Shown here: piece after piece, positions 50,310 to 61,209 of the stretch
Layout: each line of letters begins with the position of its first letter
How positions within the stretch are numbered: the first letter of the stretch is position 1
Assembly (NCBI GenBank): GCA_002269645.1
Contig: NIVC01000109.1
Location: forward strand, 186,001-250,000
Source of the DNA: Macrostomum lignano
Taxonomy: Eukaryota
Reading direction: 5' to 3'
Length of the DNA stretch: 64,000 nt
The notes under the pieces: model-generated
What the model was told of the DNA's origin: nothing
The model's database searches: none
Seen by the model: the letters and a program-made list of their open reading frames with translations, nothing else
Translations under genes and position numbers: made by a program

Positions 50310-53300
50310 ATGACAACCATTCGACGCAATTTCAAAAATATTGTGCACAATTATTCTGATGCCAAGGTGAAAGTACGCGAAGCGACCTCAAATGACCCGT
50401 GGGGGCCGTCAATCACTTTAATGGCGGAGATAGCTGAGATGACTTACAATGTAATGGCCTATACAGAAATCATGTCAATGATCTGGAAGCGGTTAAACGA
50501 TAAAAACAAGAACTGGCGTCACGTTTATAAAGCTTTGGTGCTGCTGGACTATCTAATTAAAACTGGCAGCGAGAGGGTGGCCCAGCAATGCAAGGAGAAT
50601 CTCTTTGTTATTCAATCATTGCGCGATTTCCAATATATTGAGGAGGCCCGCGATCACGGCCTGAATGTGCGCGAGAAAGCTAAGCAGCTGGTCACTTTGT
50701 TGAAAGATGATGAAAGACTGCGGGCTGAGAGGGCCAAGGTGTGTACTGCTTGCTGCTGAGCAATCTGTCACTCTTCTCTGTGTCACTGGGTACCTCTCCA
50801 TGTCTCTGGTTATCTCATCTCTATGTCACTGGGTATCTCCATGTCACTGGGTGTCTCCATCTCACTGGGTATCTCTTCTCTGTCTCTGGTTGTCTCTTTT
50901 CTATGTCTCTGGTTGTCTCTTCTCTATGTCTTAGGGTATCTCTTCTCTGTGTCACTGGGTATCTCTTCTCTGTGTCATTGGGTATCTCTTCTCTGTCACT
51001 GGGTATCTCTTCTCTGTGTCACTGGGTATCTCTTCTCTGTGTCACTGGGTATCTCTTCTCTGTGTCACTGGGTATCTCTGTCACTGGGTATCTCTTCTCT
51101 GTGTCACTGGGTATCTCTTCTCTGTGTCATTGGGTATCTCTTCTCTGTGTCATTGGGTATCTCTTCTCTGTCACTGGGTATCTCTTCTCTGTGTCACTGG
51201 GTATCTTCTCTATGTCAATAGGTATCTTCTCTGTGTCACTAGGTATCTCTTCACTACGCCATTATGTACATCTTATTCGTCTATAAGCAGTCATTTTGTC
51301 TATGGGTATTTCTGTCTGTGTAGCCCTATTGCTAGCCCTATAGTTCTGCATTATATTGTGTTCTTCACTCTGACAGGCCTTGCTAACCCGCGAACGCCTG
51401 CACCAGGGTGTGGGGCACCACACCGGCTCTGGCAGCGGTCGCAGCCGCATGCGCGCGCCGGAGTTCGCCGGCAGCGGAGACGACCTGCCAGCCTCGCCCG
51501 GTGCCGCTGCCGCTGTTACTGCCGGAGGCGGCGGCGGTGTACACCAGGAGGCTGAGGACATCGAACTGCAGTTGGCGCTGGCACTGTCCAAGGAGGAGCA
51601 TGAACAGGAGATGAGGCGAAGAGAGGCCGAAGGACTCAAAGAGGATATGAAGCTGAGGATGGCGTTGGAGGCCAGCAAGCGGGATGAAGAGGTTTGAGTT
51701 GGCTCGTGTGCCTGGTTTCTAATTAAGCTGTCAGTGAAAAGCAGTAGTCTAATAGCATGGCGATTTCTAAATTTGCAGGAGCGTCAGAAGAAAGGGGCTA
51801 CAGTTACTCGGCAGAAGGTATTTTGTTTTATTTGATTCATTCAAACCGTACTGAAAAAGTTGGGGGGTGGCAGCCTACTGAAGTACAGCGAGGGTAGCAG
51901 CCTACTGAAGTACAGTGAAGGTTACCAGCCTACTGAAGTACAGGGGGCAGTCTACTGACAGTGGGGGTGGCAGCCTACTGACAGTGGGGGTGGCAGCCTA
52001 CTGACAGTGGGGGTGGCAGCCTACTGAAGTACATGAGGGGTGGCAGCCTACTGAAGTACATGAGGGGTGGCAGCCTACTGAAGTACATGAGGGGTGGCAG
52101 CCTACTGAAGTACATGAGGGGTGGCAGCCTACTGAAGTACACGAGGGGTGGCAGCCTACTGAAGTACATGAGGGGTGGCAGCCTACTGAAGTACATGAGG
52201 GGTGGCAGCCTACTGAAGTGCAGGGATATTTTACGTCTGTTCCATTCCACTGTCTATTTTATTTTCTATTTCTTCTTTCTATTCCACCTCCACTTGCGCA
52301 GTCGGGCACTCTGGTCGACCTGATTGACACGTCGCTGTCGGCGGCTCCGGCCAACGCGCCCGATCCTTGGGCAAACTCCGCCACCACGGCCACAGCCTCC
52401 ATTGGCGGCGGCGCCAGCGCCAGAGACCCCTGGAATCTTGGCAGCGCCGACCCCTGGGCTACCGGCGCCACCGCTTCCGTGGGCGCCAATGGCTCTTCGT
52501 TTGGTGAGATAGAGATAGCCAAGACTCGCTTGATAGTTAGCTTTAGCCGCTCAGCCTCAGCTCAGCCTCCCAGAGTTACTGAGCCAGCCTCCCAGATCCT
52601 CCATTGCTGGGCCACCAGCTTCCCAGATCCTCAGTTGCTGGGCCACCAGCCTCCCAGATCCTCAGCTGCTGGGCCACCAGCTTCCCAGATCCTCAGTTGC
52701 TGGGCCACCAGCCTCCCAGATCCTCAGTTGCTGGGCCACCAGCCTCCCAGATCCTCAGCTGCTGGGCCACCAGCTTCCCAGATTCTCAGTTGCTGGGCCA
52801 CCAGCCTCCCAGATTCTCAGTTGCTGGGCCACCAGCCTCCCAAATCCTCAGTTGCTGGGCCAGCCTCCCAGATCCTCAGCTGCTGGGCCAGCCTCCCAGA
52901 TCCTCAGCTTGCTGGGCCAGCCTCCCAGATCCTCAGCTGCTGGGCCAGCCTCCCAGATCTTCAGCTGCTGGGCCAGCCTCCCAGATCCTCAGTTGCTGGG
53001 CCGTTCAGCCTCCCAGATCCTCAGTTGCTGGGCCATTCAGCCTCCCAGATCCTCAGTTGCTGGGCCAGCCTCCCAGATCCTCAGCTGCTGGGCCAGCCTC
53101 CCAGATCTTCAGCTGCTGGGCCAGCCTCCCAGATCCTCAGTTGCTGGGTCATTCAGCCTCTCAGATCCTCAGTTGCTGGGCCAGCCTCCCAGATCCTCAG
53201 TTGCTGGGCCATTCAGCCTCTCAGATCCTCAGCTGCTGGGCCAGCCTCCCAGATCCTCAGTTGCTGGGCCATTCAGCCTCCCAGATCCTCAGCTGCTGGG

Positions 53301-54670
53301 CCAGCCTCCCAGATCCTCAGCTGCTGGGCCACTGCCGGCCTTCCATTTCTTCAGTTGCTGAGCGCTCAGTGAATAATTTCAACGCCACTGACTGTCTGCC
53401 ATCCCCACGCCCGCAGCAATCGGCGATCCGTGGGCCAAGTCCGCCACCGCCATGTCTGCAACGGCGGCTCCGCCGCCCCTGCCAGCCAGACAGCCGCAGT
53501 CTTCAGGCAGCGATTTGCAATCTCGTGAGTCTCTCGATTTGAACTTTTTGACTGTCCTGAGGTTGCACTTAATTGTGTCATTTTATTTGGCTTACTTAGT
53601 ATCTGCCGACCTCTGGGCTCCCGCGGCTGCTCAGCCTCCCGACCTTCTCTCGTCCTCAAACTCCGCGGAGCAACAGCAGCAGCCCCCGCCAAGCGCTTCG
53701 GCCAGCAAATCTGTGGCTAAAAATTTCTTAAGCGAGCACGGAAATCTGGTTAATCTGGATAGTCTAGTTAGTGCGCCGAAGGGTAAGTGTTTTATAATAT
53801 AGCTTTTATATAGCCCGAATGGATTTCTAATCTAGTCAAGAATGGATTTCTAATCTAGTCAAGAATGGATTGGTAATCCAGTCTGAATGGATTGCTAATC
53901 TAGTCAAGAATGGATTGGTAATCTAGTCTGAATGGATTTCTAATCTAGTCAAGAATGGATTGCTAATCTAGTCTGAATGGATTGCTAATCTAATCTGAAT
54001 GGATTGCTAATCTAGTCAATAATGGATTGCTAATCTAGTCTGAATGGATTACTAATCTAGTCAAAAATGGATTGCTAATCTAGTCGGAATGGATTGTTAA
54101 TCTAGTCTGTATGGATTGCTAATCTAGTCTGAATGGATTGCTAATCTAGTCTGTATGGATTGCTAATCTAGTCTGAATGGATTGCTAATCTAGTCTGTAT
54201 GGATTGCTAATCTAGTCTGAATGGATTGCTAATCTAGTCTGTATGGATTGCTAATCTAGTCTGTATGGATTGCTAATCTAGTCTGAATGGATTGCTAATA
54301 TAGTCAAGAATGGATTGCTAATCTAGTCTGCATTGATTGCTAATCTAGTCTGAATGGATTGCTAGCTATAAGGTTTAAATCTAAGCAGCTGAATTTCGTA
54401 TTCTTATTTGCCATCTGCCTACTTACAGTAGCGCAGCCAGTATCCAAATGCCAACAGTAATTACAAAAAAACGGGGATTTTGCAGCGGGCGCTGGCACAA
54501 ATCCATTCGCATCGGGGCTGGGCGGGGTCAACCCGTTCGCCAGCTCCGGCCCGGGCTCAGCTGGTCAGCCCACTCTGGCCGAGTTGCAGCAGCAGCAGCA
54601 GCAGCGTCACTTCAACATGTCCCATGAGCCTGTGCCAGCCTCGGCTGCCGGACTCAACCCATTCCTATGA
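50310..54670 (+). CDS. EPN: Epsin (ENTH, 2 UIM, DPW motifs, clathrin boxes, 3 NPF), 7 exons, about 486 aa
   Basis: Exons 50310-50738, 51377-51691, 51779-51817, 52302-52503, 53417-53524, 53600-53782, 54486-54670 are in frame (1461 nt). ENTH (VREATSNDPWGP, NWRHVYKAL), UIMs (ELQLALALSKEE; KLRMALEASK), LVDL/LVNLD boxes, three DPW motifs, C-terminal NPF x3 ending NPFL*. Confidence 0.93.
50765..51255. repeat. 23-25-bp minisatellite (epsin intron 1)
   Basis: Unit TGTCACTGGGTATCTCTTCTCTG(TG). Confidence 0.92.
51862..52220. repeat. 27-bp minisatellite (epsin intron 3)
   Basis: Unit GGGGTGGCAGCCTACTGAAGTACATGA. Confidence 0.94.
52555..53335. repeat. 28-31-bp minisatellite (epsin intron 4)
   Basis: Unit CCAGCCTCCCAGATCCTCAG(T/C)TGCTGGG(CCA). 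Confidence 0.94.
53817..54362. repeat. 22-bp minisatellite (epsin intron 6)
   Basis: Unit AATGGATTGCTAATCTAGTCTG. Confidence 0.94.
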
Positions 54671-55119
54671 GTTCTCAGCATATTGCTGTTTTCTTTTAAT
54701 CTGGTCATTGTTTTGCTTTAGAGAAGAGAAATAGATTTAAGTTTTGCTGTACGAATCGTTTTATAAAGTAGAAGTTTTGCAGCGTCTAGTTGTGATAAGG
54801 CCCCCTGTCGCTCCCCTAGAAGAGCAGTTTCTTGTTGAGTAGAAAAAAATGTTGCTTAATACAATGATTGAAATGGAGATCTTCCTTTTTATGTGTATTG
54901 CGTATCGTGTGTAAGGAGTAGCTCTGGCATCGGGGGTGATGACTGACTGGTCTTTTTGTGTTTTTTTAGACCACCATGTAGTTTTTTTATTAACAATTTT
55001 ATATTTACAATATCAATATCCATGTTTGATTGTTGACACAGAATCAGAGAACATGTGCGCGGCTAGTGACGGATTAGTAATGAAGCGTAATAGTAATGAG
55101 TAATTGGTAATTTGGTGTA

Positions 55120-55690
55120 CATTCATATTGAATTAGGAGGGGTAGAGAGATAGGTCTCAATGTACATTCATATGGAATTGGGGCAGAGAGATTGAAGTTT
55201 CAATGTACATTCATATGGAATTGGGGTAGAGATTGAATTCTCAATGTACATTTATATGGAATTGGGGTAGAGATTGAGGTCTCAATGTACATTCATATGG
55301 AATTGGGGCAGAGAGATTGAAGTTTCAATGTACATTCATATGGAATTGGGGTAGAGATTGAGGTCTCAATGTACATTCATATGGAATTGGGGTAGAGATT
55401 GAGGTCTCAATGTACATTCATATGGAATTGGGGTAGAGATTGAGGTCTCAATGTACATTCATATGGAATTGGGGTAGAGATTGAAGTCTCAATGTACATT
55501 CATATGGAATTGGGGTAGAGTGATTGAAGTCTCAATGTACATTCATATGGTATTGGGGTAGAGATTGAGGTCTCAATGTACATTCATATGGTATTGGGGT
55601 AGAGATTGAGGTCTCAATGTACATTCATATGGTATTGGGGTAGAGATTGAAGTCTCAATGTACATTCATATGGAATTGGGGTAGAGATTA
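55120..55690. repeat. 41-bp minisatellite downstream of epsin
   Basis: Unit AATGTACATTCATATGGAATTGGGGTAGAGATTGAGGTCTC. Confidence 0.93.
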
Positions 55691-56897
55691 CGCCTTTTGC
55701 GTCTTGGTAGTTGATTTATATAAACACAGCTGAATCACGCAGTACAAGTGTGGGTTTGATACATTTTATGCTTGATGATTGAGCTGCATCTTCTGATTGC
55801 ATAAGCAGGTAACCCTGCTGTCTGTATTTTTCATTTTAGTTTACGCTTAAAAAATTATTTATTCCTCAAAAATCATTCTTAATTGCAATTAAACTAATTT
55901 GATTGCTGTTTATTTATTATTATTTTATCAGGCTTGAGTTCTACCCTTGTCCTCTTCACAATTTCCTCTCTGACCTCATAGCCCATTTATTCGTTAAAAC
56001 ATGCTCGCATTCTTAAGTAATCAAGACCAATGCTTAATTATAGCAAAGGCTAAATCGAAATTTTTATTTGCTGCTTTTGCACAATAGTAATGATTTTTAC
56101 TACTGCCATTATGTTAGCCACTGTTTTTTTAGTCTGGCCCACCTTTTTTGGGCAAAGCCGTCGTGTTTTTATATATAACTAACTGCGCTACTGTTAGTAG
56201 CCTAGCTGCGAGTTTTACGCGAATTATTTGATTTGGCAATAAAATTACTGAATTAACGAATTTCGTCGGGCGGTTTTTTTAATTGTCTGCTTTCTGTGTC
56301 TCTACAGTTCCTCCTGAGCATGGCTGAGTAGCTCTCACTCCATTGCAGTTAATCGAATGCCTGCTTGTCCGCTTTGTAATATATACACACCCATTAATTG
56401 CATTGCAATGTTGCAAACTGTTTTATAAATAATTAACCAAATTTGTTTAGATCAAATACGATAATAATAATAATAATAATAATTCGAAGCTAACAATATT
56501 GGCAATTAAAACTGAGAATTTTGGCTCCTGTTGTCTTGTCAATTTGCCCAGCCGAGTCATGCACTGTCACGTCTATCAGACTGGAATGTTTGCCAAAGCC
56601 TATCAGCGGATTTCACCATTTGCAGGCATGTGGGGTCTGCTCTCTCTTCTTTTCCCACTTCCTTCAGGCTGCGCAAATACCCCGGGTTTAACCCCGCTTG
56701 TGTGCCTTCCAGGTAGAGCGCTTTCACCTCTGTCTGCAGCCTCTTTGTTCAACCATGGAGACACTGCACTAGAATTTGAAGTGTCAACAAACTTTTCCCT
56801 AAACCATCAGTCAAGACTCAAAATTGCTGACTCTCAAGGCCTCTCAAGGCAGCTACAGTGGGACAAGCAAACTTTTTTTGGGTCGGGATATAAAATT

Positions 56898-57985
56898 AGG
56901 ATCTCGGGACAAGTAGGGACGGGATCATGGGACAAACCAGGACGGGATCTCGGGGATAAGTTGGGACGGGATCTTGGGACAAACCAGGATGGGATCTCGG
57001 GACAAGTTGGGACGGGATCTTGGGACAAACCAGGACGGGATCTCGGGGACAAGTTGGGACGGGATCTCGGGACAAGTTGGGACGGGATCTCGGGACAAAC
57101 CAGGATGGGATCTCGGGACAAGTTGGGACGGGATCATGGGACAAACCAGGACGGGATCTCGGGACAAGTTGGGACGGGATCATGGGACAAACCAGGACGG
57201 GATCTCGGGACAAGTTGGGACGGGATCATGGGACAAACCAGGACGGGATCTCGGGGATAAGTTGGGACGGGATCTTGGGACAAACCAGGATGGGATCTCG
57301 GGACAAGTTGGGACGGGATCTCGGGACAAACCAGGACGGAATCTTGGGACAAACCAGGATGGGATCTCGGGACAAGTTGGGACGGGATCTCGGGATAAGT
57401 TGGGACGGGATCTCGGGACAAACCAGGATGGGATCTCGGGACAAGTTAGGACGGGATTTTGGGACAAACCAGGACGGGATCTCGGAGACAAGTTGGGACG
57501 GCATCTCGGGACAAGTTGGGACGGGATCTCGGGACAAACCAGGACGGAATCTTGGGACAAACCAGGATGGGATCTCGGGACAAGTTGGGACGGGATCTTG
57601 GGACAAACCAGGACGGGATCTCGGGGACAAGTTGGGACGGGATCTCGGGACAAGTTGGGACGGGATCTCGGGACAAGTTGGGACGAGATCTCGGGACAAG
57701 TTGGGACGGGATCTTGGGACAGGTCGGGACGGGATCTCTGGACAAGTAGGGACGGGATCTTGGGAAAAAACCAGGACGAGGTCTCGGGACAGGTAGGGAT
57801 GGGATCTCAGGACAAGTTGGGACAGGATCTCGGGACAAGTCGACGGGATCTCGGGACAAGTCGACGGGATCTCGGGACAAGTCGACGGGATCTCGGGACA
57901 AGTCGGGACGGGATCTTGGGACAAGTACGACGGGATCTTGGAACAAGTTGGGACTGGATCTTAGGATAAGTTGGGACTGGATCCC
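56898..57985. repeat. 23-24-bp two-variant minisatellite
   Basis: GGGACGGGATCTCGGGACAAGTT alternating with ..GGACAAACCAGGA(C/T)GGGATC. Confidence 0.93.
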
Positions 57986-58463
57986 ATAGAAAATAACACA
58001 AAACCTCGCCCCCTGGCTCAACTATTCTACTTTGCAAGCTAAGCTTGGCTGCCTAGGCGTTGGCGCTGGGTCTGCAAATAGTGGATTTGTAGTCGAGGGG
58101 CTGTGCTTCGGATTGGCTTGCCTGCAATTATCAGCTGCTTAAAAGCGCAGAAGCGCTTGGCTCAGCTGAATAGAGCCTCACGATGCTTTGCTTGAGTGGC
58201 AATCGATTGAGTGCTTCAATTACGAGCGTATTCCATCTCTTCCTGCTTTTATGCTAAGTGTTGCCTATTGAAATGCAGTTTGTCTCCTCGATAATTATCT
58301 CTTCCTACCTTCTGAAAGTCGCTCAGCTAAATTAGCAGCCATCGCATATTGGCACCTGTCGACACTGCTTTCTGCTTGGTTTTTTTTCTATTGAGAATTG
58401 CTCGTCTGAAATTCAAAATCCTCTCTTCTGGATTATTATTTTTTAACAGTTTTCCTTCAGCAG

Positions 58464-60105
58464 CCTCTGGATGATCATCCTTAAAACACCTGGTTTACAG
58501 CCACCATCCTCTGGATGATCATACTTAAAACACCTGGTTTACAGCCACCATCCTCTGGATGATCATACTTAAAACACCTGGTTTACAGCCACCATCCTCT
58601 GGATGATCATACTTAAAACACCTGGTTTACAGTCACCATCCTATGGATGATCATACTTAAAATACCTGGTTTACAGCCACCATCCTCTGGATGATCATAC
58701 TTAAAACACCTGGTTTACAGCCACCATTTTCTAGATGATCATACTTAAAACACCTGGTTTACAGCCACCATCCTCTGGATGATCATACTTAAAACACCTG
58801 GTTTACAGTCACCATCCTATGGATGATCATACTTAAAATACCTGGTTTACAGCCACCATCCTCTGGATGATCATACTTAAAACACCTGGTTTACAGCCAC
58901 CATTTTCTAGATGATCATACTTAAAACACCTGGTTTACAGCCACCATCCTCTGGATGATCATACTTAAAATACCTGGTTTACAGTCACCATCCTCTGGAT
59001 GATCATACTTAAAACACCTGGTTTACAGCCACCATCCTCTGGATGATCATACTTAAAATACCTGGTTTACAGCCACCATCCTCTGGATGATCACCCTTAA
59101 CACAGTTGATTTACAGTCTCCATCCGCTGGATGATCATACTTAAAACACCTGGTTTACAGCCACCATTCTCTGGATGATCATACTTAAAACACCTGGTTT
59201 ACAGCCACCATCCTCTGGATGATCATACTTAAAACACCTGGTTTACAGCCACCATCCTCTGGATGATCATACTTAAAACACCTGGTTTACAGCCACCATC
59301 CTCTGGATGATCATACTTAAAACACCTGGTTTACAGTCACCATCCTATGGATGATCATACTTAAAATACCTGGTTTACAGCCACCATCCTCTGGATGATC
59401 ATACTTAAAATACCTGGTTTACAGCCACCATCCTCTGGATGATCATACTTAAAACACCTGGTTTACAGCCACCATCCTCTGGATGATCATACTTAAAATA
59501 CCTGGTTTACAGCCACCATCCTCTGGATGATCATACTTAAAACACCTGGTTTACAGCCACCATCCTCTGGATGATCATACTTAAAATACCTGGTTTACAG
59601 CCACCATTTTCTGGATGATCATACTTAAAACACCTGGTTTACAGCCACCATCCTATGGATGATCATACTTAAAATACCTGGTTTACAGCCACCATCCTCT
59701 GGATGATCATACTTAAAATACCTGGTTTACAGCCACCATTTTCTGGATGATCATCCTTAAAACACCTGGTTTACAGCCACCATCCTCTGGATGATCATAC
59801 TTAAAACACCTGGTTTACAGCCACCATCCTCTGGATGATCATACTTAAAACACCTGGTTTACAGCCACCATCCTCTGGATGATCATACTTAAAACACCTG
59901 GTTTACAGCCACCATCCTCTGGATGATCATACTTAAAACACCTGGTTTACAGCCACCATCCTCTGGATGATCATACTTAAAATACCTGGTTTACAGCCAC
60001 CATCCTCTGGATGATCATACTTAAAATACCTGGTTTACAGCCACCATCCTCTGGATGATCATACTTAAAATACCTGGTTTACAGCCACCATCCTCTGGAT
60101 GGTCA
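58464..60105. repeat. 44-bp minisatellite (about 37 units)
   Basis: Unit CCTCTGGATGATCATACTTAAAACACCTGGTTTACAGCCACCAT; period 44 (58501 to 58545). Confidence 0.97.
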
Positions 60106-60462
60106 TCCTTAACACACCTGGTCTACATTTACCATCCTTGCCAATTGTGAAGAATCTCTCTTGACAAACCGGTTTTAAAAACTGTCTACAGAAAAGACTA
60201 ACAAATTCTTCAACTAGTAAAAAGAATTGGTCAAGAGATTGCTTTAAAAATTGCAGCAAACGAAATGTGCTCAATTTAATCATAAGAAAACGCCAATTGT
60301 GTGTTATTCCTTTTTCAAAGCGGCACTGCGCCTCGCTTGGGGCGAAGGATAAGTTCGAGAGAAAAAGCAACTGCACTCGAATATTAGGCATTCTTTCTGA
60401 AGAAAAATCATTGTCGATGGGCTGCGCAAATAATATTGTGGATGCCAACTAGGGCAAAGTGC

Positions 60463-61209
60463 TCAGGGCCGCGTCCTGAACTCCTTCACGTTCACTTTGG
60501 CGCTGAATCTGACTGCTGCCGCGACTGCGGCTGCTGTGGCCGCTTGCTGAGGCTGCGGCTGTTGGTGAAGTTGTAGTTGCTGCTGCTGTTGGCACTGCTG
60601 TTGCTGCTGATGTTGCCGCAGAAGCTGCTGAGGCTGCGGCTGTTGGTGAAGTTGTAGTTGCTGCTGCTGTTGGCACTGCTGTTGCTGCTGATGTTGCCGC
60701 AGAAGCTGCTGAGGCTGCGGCTGTTGGTCGCTCAGCTGGATCTGTCGATAGTAGTCGATCTCTTCGATCAGTTCGCGAGCTCCGCCCGCCTCGCCACCGA
60801 TGGCTCGCCGGATGAGGTGACAGCGGAGGCCAAGCTCGTCAAGGACGATCTTCTCGAACAGCAGGTCGCTCCGGCGGATGGCGCGCCTGCGGTCGGAAAT
60901 GCCGGCAATGGCCTGGTCGACTCGCTGCACGGCCAGCCGCCACTCCGGCTCCGGCCAGGCCGGCGAGCCGAGCGCTTCGCGCAGCGGTCGCCACCGCTCT
61001 GGGCTGAAGTAGTCGGCTACAACGTTGTCGAAGGTGTTGACGATGGCGTGAACGTCGTTGGCGCTGAGATCGTCAGTCAGTTGGCGACGTTCAACAACGT
61101 CGTTAAGGCTGCGCGCGACGGTCAGGTCTAAGTCGAGAATTCTTCGCCGAATGACTCGGAGAGCTTGCAGGTTGTGCAGCTGCTGTTGCTGCTGCTGCTG
61201 CTGTTCCAT
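60463..61209 (-). CDS. Hypothetical 248-aa protein: helical N-terminal domain plus Gln-rich repeat tail
   Basis: ATG-initiated uninterrupted ORF, GC-rich like the host exons, amphipathic-helix-like composition, 81-bp in-frame tandem repeat. No family recognised. Confidence 0.6.
   Translation of the reverse strand: MEQQQQQQQQLHNLQALRVIRRRILDLDLTVARSLNDVVERRQLTDDLSANDVHAIVNTFDNVVADYFSPERWRPLREALGSPAWPEPEWRLAVQRVDQAIAGISDRRRAIRRSDLLFEKIVLDELGLRCHLIRRAIGGEAGGARELIEEIDYYRQIQLSDQQPQPQQLLRQHQQQQQCQQQQQLQLHQQPQPQQLLRQHQQQQQCQQQQQLQLHQQPQPQQAATAAAVAAAVRFSAKVNVKEFRTRP

Noticed and set aside
50741-53542. ORFs of 130-384 aa overlapping epsin introns 1 and 4
   Set aside because: They are minisatellite read-through; only the DPW-containing segments bounded by splice sites belong to epsin.
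56499-58037. Cluster of 80-331-aa ORFs
   Set aside because: They arise from the 23-24-bp array; the non-repetitive part shows no recognisable protein motif.
58464-60105. CRISPR-like regular array (also 3678-4470 and 39714-40157)
   Set aside because: Head-to-tail repeats with no unique spacers, no cas genes, and a eukaryotic context.
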